Positions 1-11,123 of a stretch of DNA of 64,000 nucleotides are shown here, one piece after another. The notes beneath the pieces were generated by a model that saw only the letters and a program-made list of their open reading frames with translations, was not told the DNA's origin and made no database searches. Origin of the DNA: Podospora anserina (Eukaryota); assembly GCA_017654855.1 (NCBI GenBank), contig CM030332.1, positions 124,001-188,000 of the forward strand, in the 5' to 3' direction. How positions within the stretch are numbered: the first letter of the stretch is position 1; each line of letters begins with the position of its first letter. The position numbers and the translations under genes were made by a program.

Positions 1-30
1 GAAAGAAACCATAGGGCATAAGAGCCATAC

Positions 31-60
31 CTTCTTGAGTTCTGGTTGCGCGGGAGCCAT
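31..60 (-). CDS. Small nuclear ribonucleoprotein G (SmG), exon 1; gene runs off the left edge
   Basis: Minus strand reads ATG...MAPAQPELKK followed directly by a GTATGG donor at position 30; this matches the typical N-terminus of filamentous-fungal SmG. Confidence 0.8.
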
Positions 61-582
61 CTTGACGTTTTGATGTGGTGTTGTGTTTTGCGCAACAAGC
101 TGTTCTGCGATTGGCGATTGATGGGGTTGCTGCTGCTGCACGTCTTCAAAGTGGCTCCAGCTCTGTGGCTCAGGGCGCGTGGTGGTTCACGTCTCCAGCC
201 AGAAATCTTGCCCAAAAGTAATGTCACGTGTAGGGCGATAAGATAAGATTTCATGGTCCAGGATCTGAACAACAGCATCCTGGCACAAAATGGCTTGCAC
301 ATATAAACTATTCAAAGATAGAGAGGCATGAACAGTAACAGTAGCTATCGAGTGATGTCGAACTTCTCATCTGTCAAGCTTTATGCAAGAGAAACAAATG
401 TCAATTTGGATTCCAAAGTATCCCCAATATTCTGACTTCGGGTGTAAGTGTTAGCACTCCACACTTGTGATTGGTCAGACACCTCGCGCCAAGGTGGACC
501 CGCCCACTGCCGTTGACATCTTGATCGCGGGTCGCAGCCAAAACCATCTTCGGTCATCATCAAACAACCAAAACTCGGCAAC

Positions 583-2258
583 ATGAGCACCTTTGCCTCC
601 AAGCGCAAAGCGCGCGTTATCCAGACCTTGGACGACGATGTAGATGACTTGAGCCCATCAAAATCCAACGGGACGGACGAGCAGAAAGCATCTAGTAAGT
701 ACATGCCTGTCTATCGCGACATTCCCTCTGCCAAGCAGCTGAAAGCCTCTTTTGCTGATACCAAAAGAAGAGCAAGCAAGCTGATGCGCTGCCGCCAGAA
801 CCAACTGCCCCCGCGCGCATCAAGTTCCGATCGAAACCAGCCAAATCGTCGGCCCTACGAAAAAGCGTCCATGTCGCCGACGAGGACAGCGGTACCGCTC
901 GCGCGCTGTCAACGGCGACAACCACTGGAGATGACGAGGACGCCGACTCTGGCGCGGCAGTGGTGGTTCGGCCGGCCCTGGGTCGGGCTGGGTCAACAAA
1001 ACAAAAGAAACGACCAACGGCAGCGTCACGGCTCTCTTTTGGGGGCGCCGAAGAGGCCGGGGTCGAGGAACCATCAACAGACGAGAAGCCATTCACGCCC
1101 AAAAAGACACTGGGTCAGCGCGCGCTGGAAAACAATGCCCTCCGAAGATCCGCCTCACTCCAAAATCTCGCGGGTACTCTGCCCATGAGGTTTGGCGGCG
1201 GCGACGAAGACCGGCCAAAATACAGCAAGGAGTATCTTGAAGAGCTGCAATCCTCCACGCCGGCAACACCTGCAAACGTCCAGATTGTCGGCGATGTCGA
1301 TGCCATGGACCTTGACCCATCTGAGCTTGACGGTGCCCTCGTCGTTCAAGCCGCTTCATCCACCGACCTGGTCTCGCAAGGCCCAGCAGCAGCGGCACAC
1401 GTGCTGAGCGCAGCCGAAATCCGCGAGCGCAAAGACCGACGAGCCCGGTTAGCCCGTGAAGGCGTCGCGGCCGATTTCGTCTCCCTCGACTCCGGTTCCG
1501 ACTCGGAATTTCCCCAGCAATCCTCCTCCCGGGTGGTCATCCCCTCCCAAAAGAAAAAGAAGTCTGACACGCGATTAATAAGAGAAGACGAAGATCTCGG
1601 CGAAGGCTACGATGACTATGTTCAGGACGACCCTTTGGCTTTGGGCAAAAAGGCAGAGCGAGATGCTGCAAGACGGCACCGAGCAGAAATTGCAGAGCTG
1701 ATCAACGCGGCCGAATCAGACGCCGAGTCGGACGACAGCGAGGCAGAGAGGCGAGCTGCCTACGAAGCCGCGCAGCGGAGAGCAGGAATGGACGGCTTGC
1801 ACAAACCAGAGGAGGATGAGGAAAACATAGCTGGCGATGCGGTGCCGAGGATGAAACCGCTGCCCAAGCTGAACGAGGTTCTCAAGAGGATGAACGAGAT
1901 TGTCCAGGGCTTGGAGCATGAGTTCAAGCAGAAGCAGGTCGTCGTTCAGAGTTTGGAAAAGGAAAGGGAGGAGATTGAGAAGCGTGAGAAGGAGGTACAA
2001 GAAATCCTGAACCAGGCGGGGGCAAAATACCAGGCTGTTGTTGCTGGGGCTGCAAACGGCGGCGGTGGTGTATCCCCTGTTGTGCCAGGCGATGTCGCCA
2101 AATTGGTGCAGGAGAGCATCAGCGGCAGCGCAGTGGGACAGTCCCCGTTACGTCCTCTCCCTCCAGGCCTGGCAGGAGACATGCCCATGGAACGAGGTCT
2201 CGAGAGCTTCGGGACACCCACCCGGAAACCACAGGATGATGATGAGATGATGGACTAG
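583..2258 (+). CDS. Ntr2-like (nineteen complex-related protein 2) spliceosome disassembly factor; one intron ~695-767
   Basis: MSTFASKRKAR start, GTAAGT donor ~695, motif RPKYSKEYLEELQSSTP, acidic/Arg-rich middle and a C-terminal coiled coil. Confidence 0.7.
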
Positions 2259-2625
2259 TACTACAGATACGCTTCCACTTCTGCATATTGAGAAACCAAT
2301 AATGAAAGACACCGTCGTTGCTTTCTTCCAAAACAAAAACAATACAATAAACAAGTCCTAGGTACATACCAATGCCAACGCCATGTAAACTGCTTCTAAA
2401 AAGAAAAAGACCAGTATGATACACTTGAGCCCTCATCGCAGCCAACACTACCAATCCCAACAATACAGTCTCCGCCCTCGTGTCATGTACCCCGTAAAAA
2501 CCGTGAATAACCGCGCCCAATTGCGCGTATGCAGCAAAAACCCAGTTCCAACACCAGTAAAACATACATCTTCCAACACCCTCCTCAACAACCCCCTAAG
2601 CATAAATCTCCCCTTCTTGCATCCA

Positions 2626-3937
2626 TTATTTGGACGCCCCCCTGCTCACACCAGCACCAATGACACCCGGCAGCTGTTCCTGACCGACGCTAAACAGCAG
2701 GCCAATGACTAAAGTAACGGCACCAACAATGGTAACGGTGAAACCAGTGATCAACCAGAATGGCACGCTGACGTCCTTCTTCTGGCACATGTTGCCGCCC
2801 CAGTGGACAGTCTTCTTGCCCGAGGTGCCAGGTTCGTCGCCGCGGCGGACGACGGTGGCCATGCACTTGCAGGCAAAGCATGCCCTGGCATCAGACGAGG
2901 TGGCGTTGCCGGTGCCAAACTTATTGACACATGTCCCGTGGCCAGAGCAGTCATTGGTGGCCTCCTTACAGGCGTCCAAAGAAAGGAAGCAGGCAGGGAT
3001 GGCCTTCTTCTGGATGTTGACCTTTGCGGAACGGGTCGGGGTGGAAGGAGCCGGCCAAACAACGGTGCTGTCGGTGATGACCCTTTCTCCAGAGTCACGA
3101 CGGCGGTTGTTGGTGGGGTTGCCGGCAAGGGTGGACCACGAGTTGATCTTGGAGGAACGGGTAGAATCGGGGAGAACTAGGAGGGTCACCTCGAGATCGG
3201 AAGCGGCCACCAGCTTGTTGATCTGAGGAAGGGAGGCGAGAAGGGCCGAGTAGGTGGAGGAAGCCTGTGGCCATTGATTAGTACATGTCCTAGCACAACG
3301 ACCGCATTGATGAGACCCTACTTTTTGTAGGTCATAGTTGACCACCGAGGAAATACCACTCCAGCATTCCTCATTGGCAGGGTTGAGGGCGTGGGCCAGG
3401 TCGCAAGGCTGGGAAGGAGCGGATCCCAACTGCCGGAAAAGCGTCATGAGATTCTTGTTGGCGGCAGCCGAGGGGGCGTCTGAGACGCGGAACGCAGCAG
3501 GATGGCCTGCCTGTGAAAGGGCGTCCTTGAGATCATGGCTCTGCTGGTATGTAACGCCTTCGAGAATGACAACTAGTTGTGGGACATTGGTCTTGTCGGA
3601 CTGTGAGAAGAGGGGCTCCGGGCCGGTGCCGAATCTCGCGATGTGGCTGACAGCGGTCTCGGTGTCGGTTGAGCTAGGGATGTCGCGCAGGTCACTGCCG
3701 TATGGTTGTCTCGATGCCTGGAACAGAGTTAGCATGGTCCAGCGAGAGAAGTAATGATGGGTATCAACCACGCACTCTCTGAAGCAATATGTGACGCGCG
3801 ACCTCCTTGGGGATGCTTGGTGTTTCGCTCGAGCTCTGTTGGTTGGCCGTCAAAATGTAGACATCGGCAGTCTGCTTGCTCGCGGCCGCCGCAAGCCCAG
3901 ACAGAGCCGCTGCTGTGAGGCCAGCGAGGAGCCTCAT
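2626..3937 (-). CDS. DUF3844/Vps3844 type I membrane protein (vacuolar sorting), with introns
   Basis: Signal peptide MRLLAGLTAAAL at 3937; Cys-rich C-terminal domain CxxATNDCSGHG...WGGNMCQKKDVSVPFWL followed by a TM helix and LPGVIGAGV. Confidence 0.85.
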
Positions 3938-4539
3938 GGTAGTGAAACGGGTTGGATAGCGAGTTGGTGTCTTGATGGCAGCGAGTTGAATGCGTGTAGA
4001 GTGTTGGATGCTGTCGTTGTTTCTTGCTTGATTGACGTTGGAGCTGTTGTCGACCCCTGCCAGTTACGAATGGCTGGCGCAGCAGTTGGGAGGCGTATGG
4101 TCCGTGCGGCAGACGGGCCCCACTTTATGATATGCTGGGACCATGATGCGCGCTGCGAACTGCCACTGAGCCTGCCGCCAGACCTCTTCAAGTCTTTAAC
4201 GTAGTACTCCGTACCCAGCCAGGTCTCGACGACATCGACGACACAGGAGCCGAAACCGGCCGAAATTCAGCATTCACTAGCAGTCTACTCCCAAACTACC
4301 TCAGCTTTTAGATTTTACCAGTATTCAGCGGCCTCACGGTTTCAAGTCGCATTTACGGGCTGATTGCGTCGCGCAATCCTCAACTCGCCAAGTCGGCAGA
4401 ACACCAAAGAACAAGCGCAGCGCAACACTCCGAACGTCGCCGACCGACCGGCTGGCTACCTGGTAGTCTTGCTTGCGGCCTTTCGACTCTATCGTGCCTT
4501 TTCAGGCCGCCAGTGGGGCGTGCCACCATCCGCGGCATC

Positions 4540-5870
4540 ATGTCGCGCCTCTTCAGGCCGTCTTCAGTGCTCCGGTTCCCCAAGGTCTTGACCAAAGTAC
4601 CAACCGGCCAAGTGATCAAAATTGAAAGAGTACGGCTCAGGCACAGGAGGCGGCTCCGGCTTGTTACCTTTGCCATCAAGACAGTCCTTATCTACCAATT
4701 CTTTGAGATATGCGTGGCGGGCCCGCTTGTGAAGGTGCTGGAAAACCAGGAGTTGATGGAAAGCATGCCGGAAGAAGAAGAGGCTGTCGACATATTCATT
4801 CCGTTTCCCTTGACAACGGAGCGACACGAACCGCAGCCATACTCTGGGAAAGATCCGGAATGGAGGGAGTTTGTGCGGCTATCCAAAGACAAGGAGAGGT
4901 TGGATCAAATCAGGAGTAAGTGGCAAATCACGTTGCATCATTTACCGGCCCTCGTTTCCTGACTATTGTTTGCTTAGGGGACACTGTTCAAATGGTCTGT
5001 GATGCCGCTGAAAAGAACCCCGCCTTAACATGGAAGGTTGGGAAAGATATGAAAGTGAGGAGGTACTGGATGGATATTGATTTCCCATACAGGGCACCGC
5101 CTGTGTACACGCGCAAAGGGTATGGTACCTTGTCTCGAACCGCCAAGAGTTGACCACTGACTCTCAGCAGCCTGTTGATTACGGACGAAGTGATCGCCAT
5201 TGCGGAAACAGAGGTTGAGTCGGCGACAGTGAAACTTCTGGAGCGCGTCCTATGGCCAAAGCCCATGGCGCTGTCGACCTGGGCGCTTGGAAAGGCACTC
5301 GTTGGCCGTCAGTTCTCTTCGGTTGCGCAATTCTTTGGGTTTGAAGGCGACAGTTCAACCCACCCTCCAGACCGTCCTGTCAGCGCAGGACCTTTGCCGC
5401 TCCCAACAAATCACAGCTCTGACGTTCAAAAGGCTTTGGAGCGTATCCGGGCACAAGCAACAAAACGGCCGGAAGACGTCAACGATCCTAGGTCGATCTC
5501 ACCAACCCCCAACACACCACCTGGCCCATCCAGGGATAAGTCTATCAGCATTCCCAATAGACCGCCGGCCGAACACAATGGCAACCCAGAAAAGTTTGTC
5601 GGTCAAGAAAAGGTCCAGTCTCTGGTTGGCCTGAAGCCTTGGGAGGAGTTTATGAAGACGTACACCAAGGTGTGGAAGCCGATTCGACCTGATCCACCTC
5701 GCGGTTGCTTCGCCGTCTCAGGTCTTGTCGAGATCGAGACGTCGAGGGGGTACCTGGTGATTGACGTCTTGTCGTGGTACAATCCAAAGACGAGATCCCA
5801 TGATCGCAAGTCCATGTGGATGTCGGTGAGAAGGATGCAGTATAAACAACAGGCGCCGATGCGTCCCTGA
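4540..5870 (+). CDS. Conserved fungal hypothetical protein (possibly mitochondrial), two introns
   Basis: Three ORF segments joined by GT..AG introns (~4916-4977, ~5120-5168); Arg-rich N-terminus and one hydrophobic segment. Confidence 0.65.
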
Positions 5871-7664
5871 TCAAGTCATGAATGCGGTTTGGTTGTTTGG
5901 CTTTCGGGGCGGCAGTGTAGGAAACACATATCAGAGTTGCATGGGAAGGGCGTTTATTGATTTTGCATTCTGAGAGAAGCGGTTGATAACGTCAGTGTGA
6001 CTTTTGTTGGAAAGGGTGACAAACTGCATCTCTTTTTTCTCCAACATCATGATGCGTTGATCAGCGCGTATGAGATTGTCTGTAGATGAAGCATTTTGGT
6101 GGCATGGGCGGAAGGACTTACAAAATGGGAAGCGGAAATAGATACCAGAGGCGTTGATTTACATACAAGGAAATCGTTTCGTTTGACTGGAAGCCGTCGG
6201 GAGTGCCTGTGAGACTCCGGCTGGCCGTTCGGCGAGAGGGTGGGGCCGGCTTGGCACGAATATATTGACTTGCAAGACAAGCGGTGCTGGCTTGCTAGTT
6301 CAAGGACAACTATTTTCTGGCCCTTTAGCGGCCCACCTATGTTGGCAGAGAGGCAGAATCAAATTCAAAAATCACTTACGGATCGATGACTGAATTAGGC
6401 TTTAACAGTGTCTCAAGAGGCTTCCAACATGCAGACACCTGCAATGATGCATGAACATGACCTGATCGACAATGCTATGCCGGCGGTAGGCGCACACAGG
6501 TGGCATCATATTCTGATGATAGCCTCAAGGGTTTCTGGTTTATAAAACAGGCTATAACATTCAAGCCGATCTCGAGCCCATCCAGTTGGCATCATCATCG
6601 TTGGACGATGAGAATACAAAAGGGTTGGACACTGACTTCCTAGCTGGCTTCCAGATTACTCTATTACCCCATTGATGTATTTCAGGCACATGGAGTTCGG
6701 CCAAATTGGCGGGGGGAAGGGGGGACAGAATAAGCTTTGACTGGGGCCAGGCACATCTGCTTTGGCGTGGTCAGGCACCTGAGGCACTAGGTGCAGGCTG
6801 CAGGTGTTACTCCAGCCCGAGCGGCTCATCCGTCCGTTCGTGCTGTTTTATTTCACCCATACCGTACTAATTTCTTGTACTATGTATCAGAGAAGGCTGC
6901 TTCGCGGTTCAGGCCAGGTACGGCGTCAGTCAGAATCTGCTGAATCATCAGCGAGTCCACGATGCCCTCTCTTTCACTTTGGCTTGCGTACGCAAGAAAC
7001 TGATTCACCAATCATACAACTCTGGTGCAATACGTGCCATGACAACCAACCTCCAGCATGCACAGTCACCGGGCAGACCGGTTCATCGCTCAAGACGACT
7101 TGACGCATTCCAGCTATGAATCAACATCCACCCAGCTTCCCGGGGCTGGTGAACGGGGGCCAACTCGGTCAAGTCCGAGTGCACGTCTGTTAATCCATGC
7201 TTAGCTGCGCAGCAGGCCCTTCCGCTTCATTCTTGGCATCTGATGTACCCCTCGGTAGGTAGCCTCTAGACTGCCTGTGGCCCATCCCTCAAGGGTGACA
7301 TTTTGGATCCAAGCTTGGTCGTTAGCGTCCATGTCGAATGATACGGCTGGTTTGAAGGATCCTCATGGAGCGAGTGCTTTCGGCCGTGAACTGTCGCACA
7401 GGAAACCTCTACGTTGACAGACAAAAAGCACGGTTGTTGAGCCAGCCACCGTCTTCTCGTGCTCCCGCTTCATCTAGAAGCGTGTCCTATCCGTCAAGTT
7501 GAGCACTTCGACTGGGTACTGGATATCAAGCGAGGCAGAGACACTTCTATTCGATTCAACCTACCAGCTCTCGAAAACTACTGGTTTACTGTTCTCTACT
7601 TACCGAGTGCTGCACTTCATTACAGCATCAACAGGAGCAGGGGATCCCGAGAGGTATCTAGGAT

Positions 7665-9674
7665 ATGGAAGCTCCGCCCAGTCCCAAAAGACCCCCGAGT
7701 GCCATTCCTTCCGATTCTGATAGCCGAAAAGAGCTTGGGAGAGCGGTAACTGCCGACACGTCGAAAGCCACCAGGTTACAAACCGAACAAGTCCCTACTT
7801 TACGAGCCTCGAACGAGTCCACGCGAAAAATTAAGAAAAATACAAGAGTCACCATTCCGCCTGCCTATGGAGCCTCGCATAACTCACCAATTGGCAACAC
7901 TCAAGAAAAGAAGAGCGTGGATTATTCAGCCGGTCAAGCCGTCGAAATTGCTCTGTCAGAGGCAGGTTGCGACGAGCCGGTCTCAGAGAAGACGGATTCA
8001 CAGCAGGAGTTATACCACGCATTTACGAGGCGGGAGAAGCGGCTTATGGTATGGATAGTATCATTTGCCGGGCTGTTCTCTCCACTTTCAAGCAATATTT
8101 ACTTCCCTGCGCTGGGTGCCATATCTTCAGTGGGTTCTCTCCTTGAATATTCTTGTTCCATTTCTGATCATGAAGTATAGCACGTGCAAACCGAAATCGC
8201 CATGATATCGCTCACTGTGACTGTGTACATGGCAGTTCAGGGGGTGGCGCCTTCTTTTTGGGGACCTTTGAGCGACACGCGTGGACGCAGAGTCACCTTT
8301 ATCTGCACTTTTGGCGTGTACCTCATCGCAAACCTCGGGTTGGCATTCAGCGACGACTTTGCCTCATTGATGGCTTTTCGAGCAATCCAAGCTGCTGGCA
8401 GTGCCGCGACCATCTCCGTTGGTGTGTTTTGCCAAGACCCAGCCCCTTTTTACCCCTGAATTCCACGCTAACAACCAGAAACAGGTGCTGGAGTGATTGG
8501 CGATATCACAACAGCAAAGGAACGCGGCGGATATATGGGTAGTTTTGGAGGAAGTGAGTCTTGCATCGTGGCTTTCTATCCTTGTCATTTCTGACTTTGA
8601 TCCTTGTGCATAGTTCGAATGCTCGGCCAGTCAATTGGGCCAGTGATTGGCGGCATTATCACCGAGTTCTTTGGATTTCACGCCATCTTTTGGTTTCTCG
8701 TCGTCCTTGGTTTCATAAGTCTCGTGGTTATTGTGCTCTTCCTCCCGGAAACCCTTCGTCACATTGCTGGAAATGGCACTATCCCACTGCGCGGCATCCA
8801 TCGTCCAGTTGTCACTCGCCATATCAGCAAACACTGGAAGCGTCCAGATGCAGTATCCAGTGAGGAGGGCAACATCACGACTTTGACGCCCAAGTTTACT
8901 CTGGGCTCGATATTATCGCCACTGCGGTTTCTTTTTGAAAAGGACGTGTTTGTCACGCTATTGTTTGGGGCTTTTGTGTACACGATTTGGAGTGTGGTGA
9001 CTTCGTCGACAACCGCCCTGTTTCAGCCTCGATATCGACTCTCCAATTTGAAAGTGGGCCTCATATTCTTACCGAACGGCGCGGCTTGTGTCAGCGGATC
9101 ATACTTTGCTGGCAAGATTCTTGATCGCGATTATCGGCACGTCGAGTCAGCGTACCGTGTTTCCAACGGGATCCCGCTCGAGACTCCTCTCAACAGAAAG
9201 CATTTGTCGGACCTTCCACTTTCCCGTGCTCGACTTCGGTCCTCCTGGTATCTCATCGTCTTGTTCGTGTTTGCCGTTGCGGGGTATGGCTTCTCGCTTT
9301 CTTCCCCCTTGCTGGCCTCGAGACCGGGTATAGCCCTACCATTGGTTTTGCAGTTCGTCATTGCAATCACAGCGACGGCCATCTTTACCCAAAACAGTGC
9401 ACTGATGGTGGACTTGTATCCCGGGGCCAGCGCCACCGCCACCGCTGTCAACAATCTCGTTCGGTGCTCGTTGGGCGCTGTGGGAGTGGCAGGGGTGCAG
9501 TTTATCATTGACAAGATTGGGGTCGAGGCCGCGTTTCTGATCTTTGCTGTCGTAACAATTGCTCTCACGCCTTTGATGTGTCTACAGTGGAAATATGGCG
9601 AGGTATGGAGAGCTGAGAGGATAGCGAGGCTTGCCCGGAGGGAGCAGAGACAAGTGACCGGGGCGCAGGTGTGA
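7665..9674 (+). CDS. MFS drug:H+ antiporter (DHA1, Qdr/Aqr1-like), ~3 introns
   Basis: Motifs FSPLSSNIYFPAL, WGPLSDTRGRR, GDIT..KERG, FLPETLR and SATATAVNNLVRC; about 12 hydrophobic segments. Confidence 0.9.
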
Positions 9675-11123
9675 GGGATGACTGTGCTTTTGTGCCTCGA
9701 GGGTTGTGGGAAGCGTGGGTTGGGACAAAAGTTTTAGGCTGTCACGTTTTCGGGGTTTGCACGTTCTTTTCTCTTTCTTCCTTCTTCCGGAAGGCCGTGT
9801 GGTTTATGATAAGTACAGTTTTTGCCGGCTGCTACATGTAGAGATGGGATAGAATAAGACTTCGTAAGACGAACTGGCCACACGAACATGACACATATAT
9901 TATTCCAAATTTGACGCCACAATCGTGCATATAGTCTGTTCAAGATACCCGATCACTGAGGTCTTGAATACTCACAGAGATCGTAGTGATTTATGCATAG
10001 TGTTGTTGGCTATTGAGGAAATGTAAATGCCTGCAAAGATCATCAAGAGCATTATGGATTTCCTGGAAATAGGTAGGTACCTACCTGGGGCAGAGTTGTC
10101 AAGCACCGTTATACGATAACTGCAAGATCTATACATGATCGTAATCCCGTGTTCTGCATTGAAAAGCATCACGTGCATCTCGAAATAACCACATACATAT
10201 TGAATCGAATTTGGACCTGATTGAGTAACACAATGCCCTTCTGATCCAGCATTTGGTCCGAACATCCTGTAGAGAGCGTACCATGCCGGCAATTGCAAAG
10301 AGCTCAGACACACCGTAGGCCGATACTGTCTAACCACAGAACCCGACACAGCCTTCTGCCCCGTACACATCACCACGTCCGCCAGAAAACCAGCATTCGA
10401 CGCAACAGGCATGTTAGGAGTTGATTTGTGGAACCTCAATAGAAAGGTCATCAAACCCTCTTTGATTGCATTCCGCCTTCAAGCATTGTGATGACAAAGA
10501 GTGTTTAGGTCCGTCTGTAGTTGGACTCGACTCCCGCATCCAGCGAGCCAACAAAGCGACGGTCCATTCTTTGATAATCACCTCACCTACCACCAACAAT
10601 GAAGCACCGAGTCTGCAGACCAAAACGGAAACCTTGTGTTTTTTTGCTAGTGACAACACCCGGTGATGGTGAATAGGTTTACACGAGTGCATATTGGAGC
10701 ATAGTGTCCTCACTCTGAACCAGTACAAGTGAAGGCAGTGGAAACACTGTCAGAATGGGAGAATTGGAGGAATTCACCCGGTTCCTTCAAAATATAAAGT
10801 CAACTCACCCAGTAGCTACCTCTGAAACAATGGGGGAGCAACCAGATATGAGGAGTGGTGTCAGGGACGCTCTTCTGTCCCGCTCTTTTGGCCACTTCTG
10901 CTCGAGAACAATAAACTCTGTTCCTCTTTCTCTTTATCTCAAGTGAAGACAAGAAGATGCCGAGTCCTATAACATTGGTTGGGACCGTTTTGAGGTCATG
11001 GATCGCAAGGGGTCTATCTCGACACCTTTCCTCGACCGCTGCCACCGTTCCAGCAGCAGAAGATGGTCCAGTGTGGCCTCAAGGAATAAGACAACATAAC
11101 ATTGACTAAAGCCAACCACCAAG

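Noticed and set aside
5900..7600. Short ORFs in the long intergenic region
   Set aside because: No motifs, splice structure or codon bias supporting a gene
9700..11100. ORFs of 60-160 aa upstream of the GT2
   Set aside because: No recognisable homology; likely non-coding regulatory DNA
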